A DNA stretch of 64,000 nt from assembly GCA_963758915.1 (NCBI GenBank), contig CAVWXH010000010.1, positions 129,208-193,207 of the forward strand, read 5' to 3'. Each line of letters starts with the position of its first letter. The stretch's first letter is position 1. The translations under genes were made by a program, and so were the position numbers. The notes below the pieces were generated by a model. It did not search any database, was not told the origin of the DNA, and saw only the letters and a list, made by a program, of their open reading frames with translations. The stretch comes from an uncultured Methanomicrobiales archaeon. Its GTDB lineage: Archaea > Halobacteriota > Methanomicrobia > Methanomicrobiales > Methanospirillaceae. Positions 50,950-62,674 of the stretch are shown here, piece by piece.

Positions 50950-52382
50950 ATCAAACGGGCGATTATTTTCTGATGGTTTTGATCAGGAGGAACATCGCAC
51001 AGATCCCGGCGATGGCAATAAAGACGCCCCCCATCTGGACAAACGACTGGATATATCGTTTACCGACTAGGTAGGTGGCGTCGGTGGGATCGAAAACCCA
51101 GAACCAGGTGCAGAACAATGATGATTACCAGGATTGCGGGAATGATATATTTGCACAGGAGGAAGATGGCCCGCGTTCCCGCTGAACCCGCCGCAGGTCC
51201 GGCCCCTGTAGTCTTTTGGGGGCAGGAACCAGGTGAAGGCCAGAGCAATGATGATCGCTGTAGCGTAGAGACCGAGTGTGCCGATCGTTTCGTCCATGAT
51301 ATCGAGCACGGGAACACTCCAGAGGGAGAGGTGCGCTGCACTGTAACTCAGTGCCGGTCCAAGGCTTACGAGCAGCAGGATCGCGGTCAGGATCGTGGTG
51401 GTCTTTGTCCGTGACCACCCGGAGGCTTCCTGCAACGGCTGCCACACAGACTTCGAGCATCGAGATTGCTGACGTGAAGGCGGCAACAAAGAGCACGACA
51501 AAGAACGCGATTGCAACAAGGTGCCCGGCGGGCATCAGGGAGAACGCGAGCGGGAGCGTGGTGAATGCAAGCTCGGTGCCGGCTGCCGGGGCGAGTCCGA
51601 ACGTGAAGACAACCGAAAAGATGACTACGCCGGCAAGGAGCGCGATTGCGGTATCGACAACCGTGATGATGACGGCTGATCTCGGGACATCCTCTTCCTT
51701 TGACAGGTATGCGCCGTACGTGAGCAGGATCCCCTCGCCCACCGAGAGGGAGAAGAAACGCCTGCCCGAATGCGGCAACCCATAGATCAGCCCGGGACAG
51801 GACCGAGAAATCGGGGGTGAAGATGAACAGGACGGCATCCCAGAATCCGGAAAGGGTGGCACAGAAAACCGCCATGAGGATGAGGATGCCTATCATGAGC
51901 GGGACGAGGGTAATGGCAATGCGCTCGATCCCCTTCCGGATCCCAAACGAGACAACAATGCCGGTCAGAACGATGGCGATGATCCCGAAAACCACCGGGA
52001 TATAGGAGCCCGTGAATGTGGCAAATGATGTCGTGGTCCCGAGCGCAGAGAACGTGGCATAGGCAAGCGTCCAGCCGGTGATGACAATATAATAGCTGAG
52101 GATGAGGAAGACAACCGCACAGATAAGCCACCCGAGGATCCGGAACTGCGGCCGGAGTGCAGCAAAGGAACTCACCACGGTCCCGCGGAACCGGCGCCCC
52201 ATGGTGATCTCAAGGATCATGAGGGGCAGCGCGAAGATGAAGACGGCGATAAGGTAGGGGATAAGGAACGCCCCTCCGCCGTTCTCCCCGACCAGTGAGG
52301 AGAAACGCCAGATATTGCCAATCCCTACTGCTGCACCTATGGTTGCAAGGATGAATCCGAGATGTGACGACCAGCGCTCCAT
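50950..52382 (-). CDS. SNF/NSS-family sodium-dependent transporter (several frameshifts; 3' end approximate)
   Basis: WSSHLGFILATIGAAVGIGNIWRF, NGGGAFLIPY, QAFFSLSVG. Confidence 0.85.
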
Positions 52383-52513
52383 GGAAATGGTCCTGCCTGA
52401 ATTACCGGCACCGTTAGTCGTTCACTTTCCCTTAAACAGTTAATAATTTTCTGCAATGTCATCCCGGGAATTTCCCGTTCCCTCCTGTCCCGGACAGGAC
52501 AACCGGAACCAGA

Positions 52514-52744
52514 TCAGCCTTCCCACTCATGTTCCGGAACTGTGGCCGGAAGGATCAGCTGCCGTATCTGGTCTGCCTTGTCGGAAGTGGTAAGGATCAG
52601 GAGCGAGTCGTTCTCCTCGAGCACGGTACCTTCCCCGGGGACGAACTGGTCCTTGCCTTTTCCGACAAGGATGATAAGGGTGCCCGCGGGCAGGCCGAGG
52701 TTCACGATCTGCCGGCTGATGACCGGCGATTTGTGCGGGATCAC
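52514..52744 (-). pseudogene. Relic of cvrA C-terminal TrkA-C domain
   Basis: RQIVNLGLPAGTLIILVGKGKDQFVP vs KQIVNLGLPFGTLIILIAKGKEQFSP. Confidence 0.8.
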
Positions 52745-52926
52745 ATGTCCGAGCCGGTCGCAAGGGTAAAAATGTGTTGAGTCGCTTTCTATGGTTGTAT
52801 CAGGGTGTCTCGCGGTTCCGGAATCAGATATTTTTTGTAAAGGGAGGTTAGGACTATCACCCCCTCTTTGGTATCAATGTCATGACGAAAGGCGACGGAT
52901 TATATACTCCCGGAAAAGATCTATGA

Positions 52927-53751
52927 TTGATGAAGTTCTCCCTTTCCGAGCGGATGCGGGTGTACCTGATAATCCTGATTTGTGTTGCTGTTGCTGGTGT
53001 GATCGGTCTTATAATTACCGAACAGCTCTCCCCTCTTGACGCGCTGTATTTTCTGATCGTGACCATCGCGACCGTGGGATATGGGGACATCCATCCGGTT
53101 ACCCCTGCAGGCAAGGTCCTTGTCATCATCATTATCATCACCGGTGTCGGCTGTTTTGTTGGCATTGCCGCCCATATGATCGAATCGGTAATCGAGGAGC
53201 GGGAGCGGAAGAGCAGGCTTGAGAAGCTCAACATGATCATCGGGTCCTTCTTCTCCGAGATCGGGATCGAGATCCTGAAAAAATTCAGTGAACATGACCC
53301 GGCGGTTGATGAGATCCGGTCAGCACTTGTCGTTTCTCACGACTGGTCCGATGCAGACTTTGCCCGTGCCCGGTCAGTTATTGAGAAGCATCCCTACACC
53401 CTTGACAGCTGCTCTGTTCCAATGGAAGATTTGTACCATTTCCTTATGGACCATAAGGAATTCCTAATTTCCATGCTCCAGAATCCCCGGCTGCTCGAAC
53501 ATGACAGTTTCACGCCTCTTATCCAGGCGCTCTATCACCTTACCGATGAGATGATGGCACGGGAGAGACTCACCGGTCTCCCTCCGGCGGATTGCGCCCA
53601 CCTGTCAGGGGACCTCAACCGGGTGTACCGTCTTCTGGTAACTGAATGGCTCGGGTATATGCAGTACCTCAGGCATGACTACCCTTTCCTGTTCTCACTT
53701 GCGATGCGGCAGAATCCCTTTGATAAAAACGCGTCCGTTATCGTTCAGTAA
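52927..53751 (+). CDS. Potassium channel (2TM pore) with C-terminal domain
   Basis: TVGYGD selectivity filter. Confidence 0.92.
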   Translation: MMKFSLSERMRVYLIILICVAVAGVIGLIITEQLSPLDALYFLIVTIATVGYGDIHPVTPAGKVLVIIIIITGVGCFVGIAAHMIESVIEERERKSRLEKLNMIIGSFFSEIGIEILKKFSEHDPAVDEIRSALVVSHDWSDADFARARSVIEKHPYTLDSCSVPMEDLYHFLMDHKEFLISMLQNPRLLEHDSFTPLIQALYHLTDEMMARERLTGLPPADCAHLSGDLNRVYRLLVTEWLGYMQYLRHDYPFLFSLAMRQNPFDKNASVIVQ

Positions 53752-53892
53752 GGAGGCACCAGGAAGCAGTCACATATGATCCATGTTAGTTGGAAGAATC
53801 TATTCGTTTAAAAAAGTGTGACGGGAAAAATCATTGGTAACGGCGGCAGAACGCCCATGGTCTCCCGGATCTGATATTGCAATTCTTTTCTT

Positions 53893-53962
53893 CCGGACAA
53901 CAACGGGTGCGCATGTTGTGGCGAGAATGAAACCTGTGGAGGATGACCAATTGCTCCAATGG
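53893..53962 (-). pseudogene. Relic of SNF transporter N-terminus
   Basis: WSSSTGFILATT vs WSSHLGFILATI, directly after the ATPase stop. Confidence 0.65.
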
Positions 53963-53975
53963 TTTCCGTGCTCCT

Positions 53976-56495
53976 TCAGATATGGACCTTCGGGTGGCTG
54001 CCCCGGTACTCCAGCCATTTGATCGTTTCAACGATGAAGAACGCAGCCAGTGAAAGTATGATTACGTAGCCCCAGTGTTCGACAGCGAGGGGAACTATGC
54101 CGAAGATACCCGGTATGGCGTAGATGGCGATGAGCTGTAGCGCGATACCCACGCCGATACCATAGAAGATGTACGGGTTGATGGTGAGGCTTTTTTTAAT
54201 ATCCAGGAGGAACGGCTCGTTTTCCTGCTGGGCCTGGAGGCCGTTGAACCACTGGAGGCAGACAACAGACGTGAACATGATCGATACGGTAAGTTCGTAC
54301 GGGTATCTTCCGAGAAGGTACCAGAACATGACTGCTGCAAGACTACCCATGGCAAGGCCAAATGTCAGAATGCGGCGCATCTGCCTGCCATCAAAGAACT
54401 GTTTTGCGGGGTTTTTCGGGGGGCGGTTCATCACGTTCCCTTCCTCTTTGATGAAGGGAAACGTCTTGTCCTGCACACCGTCCGTGACCAGGTTGATCCA
54501 GAGGATCTGGATGGGGAGGAGCGGAAGCGGCAGTCCGGCAAACACTGTCGCGCTGAGGAGCACGATCTCGGTGATCGAGGTCGAAACAAGGTAATAGATT
54601 ACCTTACGGATGTTGTCCACGATCACCCGGGCGTTCCGGATTGCATCCACGATGACCGAAAGGTTGTTGTCCACGATCACCATTTTGGCCGCGCTCTTGG
54701 CTGCCTCAGAGCCGGATCCCATGGCAATGCCGAGGTCGGCGGCGCGCAGCGCCGGTACATCGTTCACTCCGTCACCGGTCACTGTCACGATTTCCCCGTG
54801 CTCCTGCAGCACCTTCACCACCCGGTACTTGTGCTCCGGGAGGATCCGGGCAAGAACGGTAGTTTTCTTCAGTGCTTCTGCAAGAGCATCATCGCTCATG
54901 ACCACGATCTCCGGGCCGGTAAGGAGCCCGTCGCCCTCTTTCCAGATATGAACGGAACGGGCAATCTCCCGGGCAGTCAGCGGGTGATCACCGGTGATCA
55001 TCATGACACGAATCCCGGCTTTCTGGGCAATCCGGACCGCTTCGGCAGCACTCTCCTTTGGGGGGTCAATGAACCCCACGATCCCGACAATGGAGAATTT
55101 CCATGCGGCAGGATCCTCCCCAAGCCATCGGCCGGCCCCGAACGCGAGCACCCGGAGCCCACGCCCGGCCATTGCATCGATCTGGATCTCAAGATCCCCT
55201 AGAGCATGAGCATTGTCCGCGTATTTCTTCAGTTCCTCGTACGCACCTTTGACATAGAACCGCTCCTCGTTCTCCACAACATTTGCCGTGGCCATGAGTC
55301 TCATTGCGGTATCGAACGGGTATACCCAGCGGCGGGGATTGTGCGACCGGGTATCCTCATACCCGGCTACCCACCGAGAAAGCGCAACATCGATGGGATC
55401 GCCCGAGTTGCCCCGGGCCTCATTGCAGAGGGCTGCGGCCAGATCGAGCGCCTCGGGGTCGAGTGCAAAGACATCATGAACCGTAAGGAGACCCTCCGTT
55501 ATTGTGCCGGTCTTGTCGGACGCAATGACCGTGGCGCTGCCCATCGTCTCGACTGCCGGGAGGTACCGGACAAGGGTCTTTCTCTTCGAGAGCGCCATTG
55601 CCCCGACAACCATAATGATCGTCACGACTATGGGAAGGCCCTCCGGCACCGCGGAGACCATCTGGGCAACGAGCAGGTAGGCGATCTCCGCAGGTGGCCG
55701 GCCCTGAAGGAAAGCGATGGTTCCCACCAATGCAAAGATGCCGATAAGGAGGGTGATATACTTCTTTGAAAAATGGGCGATCGCTTTCGTGAACGGGCTG
55801 TCCGGAGAACGCTCCTGCGCAAGCGCCGCAATACTGGCAAAATAGGTTTTCTTCCCGGTCGCCACCACGTAACCCCTGCCGGATCCCCGCACGATAGTTG
55901 TTCCGGAGAGCAGGCTGTTTTTCAGGTCATAGGGAGGCGCATCTTCCGAAACAATTGCTGCGTGGTCTTTAACGACCGGTAGTGACTCGCCGGTAAGCGA
56001 GGATTCGTCAACAGTGAGTGCGGAAGTTTCAAAGAGCCGGATATCCGCAGTTACGAGATCTCCCTCGGCAAGTACAACGCAGTCACCGGGTACCAGATCT
56101 TCTGAAAGGATGATGCGCTCGGTCCCATCCCGGATGACCGTAACTTTGCTCTCGGTTAGCTTCTTGAGCGCTGCAAGTGATGCTTCCGCCTTCACCTCCT
56201 GCCAGAACCCGATGATGCTGTTGACGCCTATGATGAAGATAATGATGATAAAGTCCTTGATATCGGAGACTATGAGCGAGATCACCGCTGCGATGATGAG
56301 AATGTAGACAAGGATACTGTTGAACTGGCGCAGTAAGATGACCAGCCGGCTGGTCTTCTCTTCCTTCAGGATATTTTTCCCGAAGCGCACCAGCCGTGAC
56401 GGTACTTCGGATTCCGAAATGCCCTCCGGTGACGTGGAAAGCAGATCCCTGACTTTCTCCGATGGAATTGCGTGGGGGGCATCAGAAGTTTTCAT
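53976..56495 (-). CDS. P2-type cation-transporting ATPase
   Basis: TGES, PEGL, DKTGT, KGA, DPP, TGDGVNDVPAL, QILWINLVTD. Confidence 0.95.
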   Translation of the reverse strand: MKTSDAPHAIPSEKVRDLLSTSPEGISESEVPSRLVRFGKNILKEEKTSRLVILLRQFNSILVYILIIAAVISLIVSDIKDFIIIIFIIGVNSIIGFWQEVKAEASLAALKKLTESKVTVIRDGTERIILSEDLVPGDCVVLAEGDLVTADIRLFETSALTVDESSLTGESLPVVKDHAAIVSEDAPPYDLKNSLLSGTTIVRGSGRGYVVATGKKTYFASIAALAQERSPDSPFTKAIAHFSKKYITLLIGIFALVGTIAFLQGRPPAEIAYLLVAQMVSAVPEGLPIVVTIIMVVGAMALSKRKTLVRYLPAVETMGSATVIASDKTGTITEGLLTVHDVFALDPEALDLAAALCNEARGNSGDPIDVALSRWVAGYEDTRSHNPRRWVYPFDTAMRLMATANVVENEERFYVKGAYEELKKYADNAHALGDLEIQIDAMAGRGLRVLAFGAGRWLGEDPAAWKFSIVGIVGFIDPPKESAAEAVRIAQKAGIRVMMITGDHPLTAREIARSVHIWKEGDGLLTGPEIVVMSDDALAEALKKTTVLARILPEHKYRVVKVLQEHGEIVTVTGDGVNDVPALRAADLGIAMGSGSEAAKSAAKMVIVDNNLSVIVDAIRNARVIVDNIRKVIYYLVSTSITEIVLLSATVFAGLPLPLLPIQILWINLVTDGVQDKTFPFIKEEGNVMNRPPKNPAKQFFDGRQMRRILTFGLAMGSLAAVMFWYLLGRYPYELTVSIMFTSVVCLQWFNGLQAQQENEPFLLDIKKSLTINPYIFYGIGVGIALQLIAIYAIPGIFGIVPLAVEHWGYVIILSLAAFFIVETIKWLEYRGSHPKVHI

Positions 56496-56621
56496 GATAC
56501 CTTACTCGTAGATGAACACCGGCCTGTGAATTTTCCTGGTCTTTACCGGTTTTCTGACATAAAAAAATGGTCGGGTTATGATAAGAAAGAATGGGTTGCC
56601 ATCCTCTGTTCTCAATTCCAC

Positions 56622-56975
56622 TCATGTGCATATCCGCTGCGTGACCTTGGTATGGGTGGTATAATTGCGAACAAGCGACCCCGCAGCGAAATTCCTGACG
56701 ATAACCTCAAGTGGTAACATCTGAAGATCGCGTACAACCATTCTCTTTTCATCCAGCATTTTCACAAAATGTGTTTTTATCCCATGATCTTCAAGGTACC
56801 GGAAGAAGAAAGCGGAGACCTCTGCGTTATAGCGTCCCTTGTCCGTCAGCACATCTTTTTTACCGCCATCGAAAGCGGTAATATCGTCACGGAATTCTAT
56901 GATTAATCGTCCCGGAGCATCTGTTTGGTACACTGATTTTACCTTGCCGGATTGTAGGAGTTTTTGCTGTTTCAC
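56622..56975 (-). pseudogene. purC: Truncated SAICAR synthetase (N-terminal half)
   Basis: GKVKSVY, FRDDITAFDG, PLEVIVRNFAAGSL then homology stops. Confidence 0.85.
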
Positions 56976-57019
56976 GTTACCCTCTCCTCATGTAACCATT
57001 GGTATGTTGTGTTGTACTT

Positions 57020-58313
57020 TCACATCGGATCTTCGATCACGCCCCAGGTTTCGATAGCCTGCTGCAGTTCCCTGCTCTTGTACTCGCGGGGTGGAACGCC
57101 CCCTATAACGGCATCGAGCATGTCACGTGCGGCTTTGGCACCGGCAACCGTGCCTTTCGGATGCCCATGAATTCCTCCGCCCATCTGGATGATCACATCA
57201 TTGCCGAACGCTTTTGCAAGATATGGCAGGTGTCCCGGGTGAAGACCGCCGGATGCCACGGGAAAGACAGATTTCATCCCGTACCATTTTTGTCCCACGG
57301 CAAATTCATCGGGTGGGACATCCTCGCAGACCAGTGCGTCCCTGCTGCGGAGAACGGACTGCGGACCGGCATCGACCATTTTACCGACCATGGACCCGAT
57401 ATGAAGCTGGTCAAGACCGCACAAGGCGGAGGAACTTTGACAGGACCAGCATCGAGATCCCGTGCTTCTCGTTCCGCGTGTATGCTGCGTGCATTGCCCG
57501 GTGGGCATGGAGCACCAGCCCGAGGTCCTTGTTGTGTTCCCGCAGGGTCTGGAGTGTCGGCCATCCCACGATACACACATCGATCATGGCATATTCCCCG
57601 CCCTGTTCATGGACATACCCGGCTCTCTTTATTATCTCGTCCGTCGTGGCGGCCGTCACATTGGCCATGTACATCTTGCGTTCGCCGGTTTTACGCTCAG
57701 CCCGGTCCCGTTTCTTCAGGGTCTCCTTCACCCTCTTGTAAAACGGGTTGAACTTCTGCCCGGTGAGGTTTTCATCATCCTTGACAATGTCAACGCCGCC
57801 GACCCATGCATCGTACGCCTCCTGCGCATGGTCCTTTGTGTTCAGTCCCATCTTTGGTTTTATGATCGTTCCGATCAGGGGGCGTTGTGGAACCTTCACC
57901 AGTTTCCGAATACCCTTAATCCCGAATGCCGGCCCTTTGTGCGCTTTGACAATCTCCCTGGGCAGCCTGACATCCATCAGGCGCAGGTTGTTCACGCACT
58001 TCATGCCGAAAATATTGCCGGCGATTGATGCGAGAATGCAGGAAATGTCATAGGGGTCATACGCTTCTACCGGGTAAGCGGTGTCCACGATCCCGGTATT
58101 TTCGTCTATCCTGAAGACCTTGGCAGCAAGCCGCTGGGTATATTTCTTAGCCGTTTTGATCTCGGTCCAGGTTCCAATCGAACTCTCGGTTACCGTATTC
58201 TCTGCCGCTTCCTCAAGCGATAGTCCTTCTGCCGGCTCGATATACCAACGACAGATCAGATCGCTTTTCTTTGGCTGGTAGCCAACCTGGAGATACAGGG
58301 ATTCCATGGTCAT
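57020..58313 (-). CDS. rbcL: Form III RuBisCO large subunit (single +1 frameshift ~57425)
   Basis: ESSIGTW, GNIFG, KPKMG, KDDENL, HAHRAMH, QLHIG..GKM, ASGG, GGGIHGHP. Confidence 0.92.
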
Positions 58314-58546
58314 GCCAGATTCCTCCGGAACTGTCCGGCTGCAAGTGCCATCTTACAGTTCATATTGATATCCCTGACTATCTGCGCCATATTAAAATAT
58401 GGATGGAAAACCGGTAGAGGATTTTTGATTTTTTCATCAACGAGCTGGTTCATTTTTTTATACATTTCCCATAATAATACGATCTGCATACTACTGGTTG
58501 TTGCATCGCCGTAACTGGCGGCCAGGAGTTTTTTGTAATAGTTCAT
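58310..58546 (-). pseudogene. ORF starting as a pycA N-terminal relic
   Basis: MNYYKKLLAASYGD vs MKFFEKILVANRGE; same 4-bp overlap with upstream pycB-like ORF. Confidence 0.5.
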
Positions 58547-58809
58547 TGCATCACCATCAGGACATCGCCGTTCCGGACGACATCCCCATTATCTACGAAG
58601 CCCTCGGCGATTTTTCCATCTTCATGGCAGTGGATGGGATTCTCCATCTTCATGGCTTCGATAACGATCAGTGTTTCCCCTTTCTTGACCGCTGCGCCCC
58701 TGCTTACATTCACCTTGAGTACCATTCCCTGCATGTTACTCTTTACTCCCCCGGTGACTTCTGCTTTCATCTTTTCATACGCGGGTATAGTAACGCTGGT
58801 GTTTACCAC
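58543..58809 (-). pseudogene. pycB-derived biotin carrier domain (internally deleted)
   Basis: PAYEKMKAE fused to GGVKSNMQGMVL...EAMKMENPIH...NGDVL. Confidence 0.8.
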
Positions 58810-59249
58810 ATTTTCACCCGGTCCAGTTCTCCGCCGATGAAGGTGCGCAACGTACCATTTTCATCAGTATCTCCGTACCGGTTCTTCAGTTCCTGAATCG
58901 CGCTGAAGCTTCTGATAGTGGCCAGCGCTGCGGCAGCACGCTGCCGGTTTTCGGGCAGTTCTCCCTTATCCCTGATACGGTCAATGAGAACATCTACTGA
59001 ACGGCCGCTTCTCATGTTTTGCAGTCCAACAATCGCACTGCGTCGTATCTCCGGGTTCTGGTCCTTGCAGCTGTCAATCAGCGACCGTACAGCACGGGGG
59101 TCTCCGCTGTTTCCGAGTGTTGTTATTGCCCGGATCCGGACTTTCGGACTTTTGCCAACCATTGTTTTTTCGATGAGATCATAGATCTCGTCCATTGTTA
59201 GAAGGGAACTCTCCCGTTCATCGATCATACTATTCGCAATCATACCCAT
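58803..59249 (-). CDS. HEAT/PBS-lyase repeat protein
   Basis: LGNSGDPRAVRSLI, IRRSAIVGL, RQRAAAALA. Confidence 0.8.
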   Translation of the reverse strand: MGMIANSMIDERESSLLTMDEIYDLIEKTMVGKSPKVRIRAITTLGNSGDPRAVRSLIDSCKDQNPEIRRSAIVGLQNMRSGRSVDVLIDRIRDKGELPENRQRAAAALATIRSFSAIQELKNRYGDTDENGTLRTFIGGELDRVKMW

Positions 59250-59894
59250 AATTCACCTGAAATTTTAATCAGAACACGATGCCTGTCCCGTCGTTTGCCG
59301 ACAGAAAATTTCCAGATACGTTATCTGGTGAAAAACAGCTGACGCTTAGTCAGTTCGGTATGTACCATTCCGGATCTGATAGTGCCGGGATTTACACGAT
59401 AGTACATTAATTAATCGATCAACCTTGGATCTTAAATAATTAATCATGATAGATACGGGAACAATCCGGGTTGACCCGAATGTGGTAGAGGTCGGTTATG
59501 GGTTCTACAAAAAAAACAGTTCTTCTGTCAACAAACGTGAATTTACCTATCCAGGCATCTGGTAATCGGAGATGATTGCATCGAATCTCCCCGGTTCAGG
59601 TAATCGGATTGCGTCAGCTGCACTCTGGACAGTAGTTACTGAAAAAAACCTGAACATTCAAGGAACAATTTGCCGACGTCAAGTAGATGGGGTTCGTCAT
59701 CGACATACAGTACTGACATCGAGGGGGCCATTTCTATCCGTTATCCAGCGCCATTCGGTTCAGTTGGTATAATCGCATGGCACTATTTTTTAATATCAGC
59801 ATGTCACCAGCGTGAGAAAATTCCAATGAATTATATTTAGAAGAAAACAACCAGGACTTACCGGTTAGCATGAAATTTTCCGGTTCCCGCGTTC

Positions 59895-61488
59895 TCATTC
59901 ATTTCGTAAAAGACGCGACGATTTCCTAATTTCCCTGATGGTTGCCGCCATACCCTCTACCTGGAAAAGGGCCCGGGAGAATGTGCTACCCGCAGGGCTT
60001 TTACTGGCAGCGAACCGTACAAGGTACTGGCGGTACTGCAGGGATATAAGGTCCCGCAGGATATCATCCTGCTCTCTCATCGAGTCATTAACAGCCTCGT
60101 TAATCCCTGGAAACGATTCTGTCAGGGCTTTCAGGTTTATAGTGCATGGTACAAGAGAATCCAGGATCGCTTCCTTTGATTCGGCAGAAAGCATAATCCC
60201 TTTTTCCTCCAGCTGGTGGATGATCTCGCAGAGTTCCGACGTCTGTTCTGCCAGTACCTGCCCGAGCTTGGAGATCCGGACGAGCCCGGCAATGGTTGCC
60301 GCATCAGTTTCCGTTAGTTCCCTCTCCGAAAGAGCGAGTGCAGCATCGCTGATCTGCCCGTCGAGAAAAATGGCGTATTCGCGGAGCTGGCCGACTTTCC
60401 GTGAATGCTTACCCCCATCCACCATCATACGGAGCTCAATAATCAACCCTTCGGAAAGTGAGAAGAGGTGGACAATTTCCTTTTCAACCAGATGGATTAC
60501 CTCAGGAAAATGTCCCGGAAGTGGGGGGGTGAGGTATTTGGGGGTAAACACGATATCGTCTTCGGAACCCCGCACAAGTGTCCGAACCAGTTTCTCGAAC
60601 GGTCGTATCAGAATAAGGAAGATGATACAGCAGGTCAGGTTGAAAATAAAGTGGGCGTTTGCCACCTGGAGTGCCGGGCCCCCACCCAGTGCTTCGATAA
60701 ACAAGGTGAACGGGCCGAGAAGTGGCAGAAAGAGCAGAACTCCTAAAAAGTTAAAGAGGAAATGCGCCGCCGCAGCCCGCTTTGCCGAGGTGTTCATCCT
60801 TGATGCGACCAGCAGGGCAGTGGTAGGTGTACCAAGATTTGCGCCCAGCAGGATCGGGATAGCCATCGCGGGAGTGATCACCCCATTCTGGGACATGACG
60901 ACGACAAGCCCCGTTGTTACGGAACTTGACTGGAAAATAGTGGTGATAATAAACCCGAATGCGAGCTGGAGGAAGACGCTGTCCATCATGCTCACCAGTT
61001 CGATCAGTTGTGGATCGGTCCGGTAAGGTGCCATGACCGAGGAGATCATCGAGAGGCTGAAAAAAACCAGCCCGAAGTAAAATACCGGGCGCCCGAAGAC
61101 CTTGTATTTCCCGCCGATAATGCTGATAAGGAAACCCGCGAGGATCAGGACAGGCGCAAACGCGGTCAGGTTAAGGGCGACGAGGAAGGATGTGACTGTC
61201 GTCCCGAAATTTGCACCGAATATTATGCCAAGGGATGCGGTAAAAGAAATGACTCCGGCATTCACGAGCCCGACCGTTATCACGGTAGTTGCCGTGCTGG
61301 ACTGGACCAGTGCGGTTACCAGCGTCCCGACAATGGTACTCCTGTACCGGGGTGCGTGTAAGCCGCTGGATGAGACCGCGGAAATATTCCCCGGCAGCGA
61401 CCTGGACTTCATGCGAGAACTGCTCTATTCCATAGAGGAATAAAATGATACCGGGGATAATTGCAAAGATTAATTCCCAGGATACCAC
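59895..61488 (-). CDS. Na+/Pi cotransporter family (frameshift ~61345)
   Basis: Two QSSS-type motifs, GANFGTT and GANLGT, PhoU-like tail. Confidence 0.88.
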
Positions 61489-61646
61489 GGTTCACCTCAC
61501 TAATATGCTTCCTTCGACTCCGTTGCCGGATCTGTGTTTCCCATATACCCAAATCCCATATCTTAATAACAACAGGACAATCAGACCTGCGGGTTATCAA
61601 TCCGGGGTAACCTGAAAAAACCGGTCAGGAACTCGAATGTGCACTT

Positions 61647-62495
61647 CTAAGTACCGAGCACCGGAGAATGTGCGTTCCGTGCCACATGTCCGGTTGTGCT
61701 GCCTAAAAGATTTGTCAGCAACCCCTTCTTTCCCGTAGACTTCAGGACTATCAGCGAACTCTTTTCCTGGCTGGAGCGGGAAATAATTTCTTCCGCAGCA
61801 TTCCCTACACAAACACAAACCTGTACAGGAGTTCGGATTGTGGCGAATGTTTCTGTTATCTTCTCAAGTTGTGCTTTGCCGGCATCAATAGAGTCTTGAA
61901 CTTCTTCCCTGGAAGTGCCTGTTGTAACAGCATGGAGCAGGGTAACCTTTTGGATCCATGGCAACTCATCCCTGCACCGGTATCCAATCTCCGGATCAGA
62001 GAAATCCGTGCATATCATGACGTTGGAAAAGAGGTCCGGGCAGGGCGGTTCATGACCCCTATCATTTGAACTTTCTGCTTTGTGGGAATGAACAAGAAGC
62101 AAATCCGTTTTCCCATAACGTAGAACGTCTGAGGCAACACTCCCCAGGATCAGGCTCTCAATTACTCCCTGTCCCCGTCTTCCCATCATAACCAGAGGTA
62201 TGCTTTCCCGGAAAGCAACCTGATTGATGACGTCAACGATTTCGCCACCGGTAATTTCTTTGATAATTGTCTGAACCTGCATTCCTGAATTTTCCAAGTC
62301 TTTAACTAATTCGTTAAGGCGCAGTCGTGCATAGTCTGCATCCGGGGATACCCCGCACTCAAGGTTCGATGGATATTTGCTATATATAACGTGAAGCAGA
62401 ATTATCTCCTTCACGTTTGGGATTTTCTTCAGGCATTGGACCACATAATGGGAGTCGACAGAGAAGTCAAACGGGACCAACAATTTTTCAAGCAT
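61647..62495 (-). CDS. Universal stress protein, two USP domains
   Basis: KLLVPFDFS, GRRG...LGSVA, CTDFS, LLGSTT. Confidence 0.9.
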   Translation of the reverse strand: MLEKLLVPFDFSVDSHYVVQCLKKIPNVKEIILLHVIYSKYPSNLECGVSPDADYARLRLNELVKDLENSGMQVQTIIKEITGGEIVDVINQVAFRESIPLVMMGRRGQGVIESLILGSVASDVLRYGKTDLLLVHSHKAESSNDRGHEPPCPDLFSNVMICTDFSDPEIGYRCRDELPWIQKVTLLHAVTTGTSREEVQDSIDAGKAQLEKITETFATIRTPVQVCVCVGNAAEEIISRSSQEKSSLIVLKSTGKKGLLTNLLGSTTGHVARNAHSPVLGT

Positions 62496-62674
62496 ACACA
62501 CCCTCCAAGGTTAATTTGTTGCAACAATTCTCTATCTGCATGGTGCCGGTCGGAATCCGGTACTGTTCCATTTTCTGAATTCGTTGTTTCATGGTTTAAT
62601 CATTTTGCCGGTTTCTTACAGGCCCTCCAACCTGATGAAACGGGAATCAATTGGGATGAAACCCATTCATCCAA

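Noticed and set aside
57411-57440. Programmed frameshift or split RuBisCO
   Set aside because: No slippery site; same single-base pattern as many neighbouring genes
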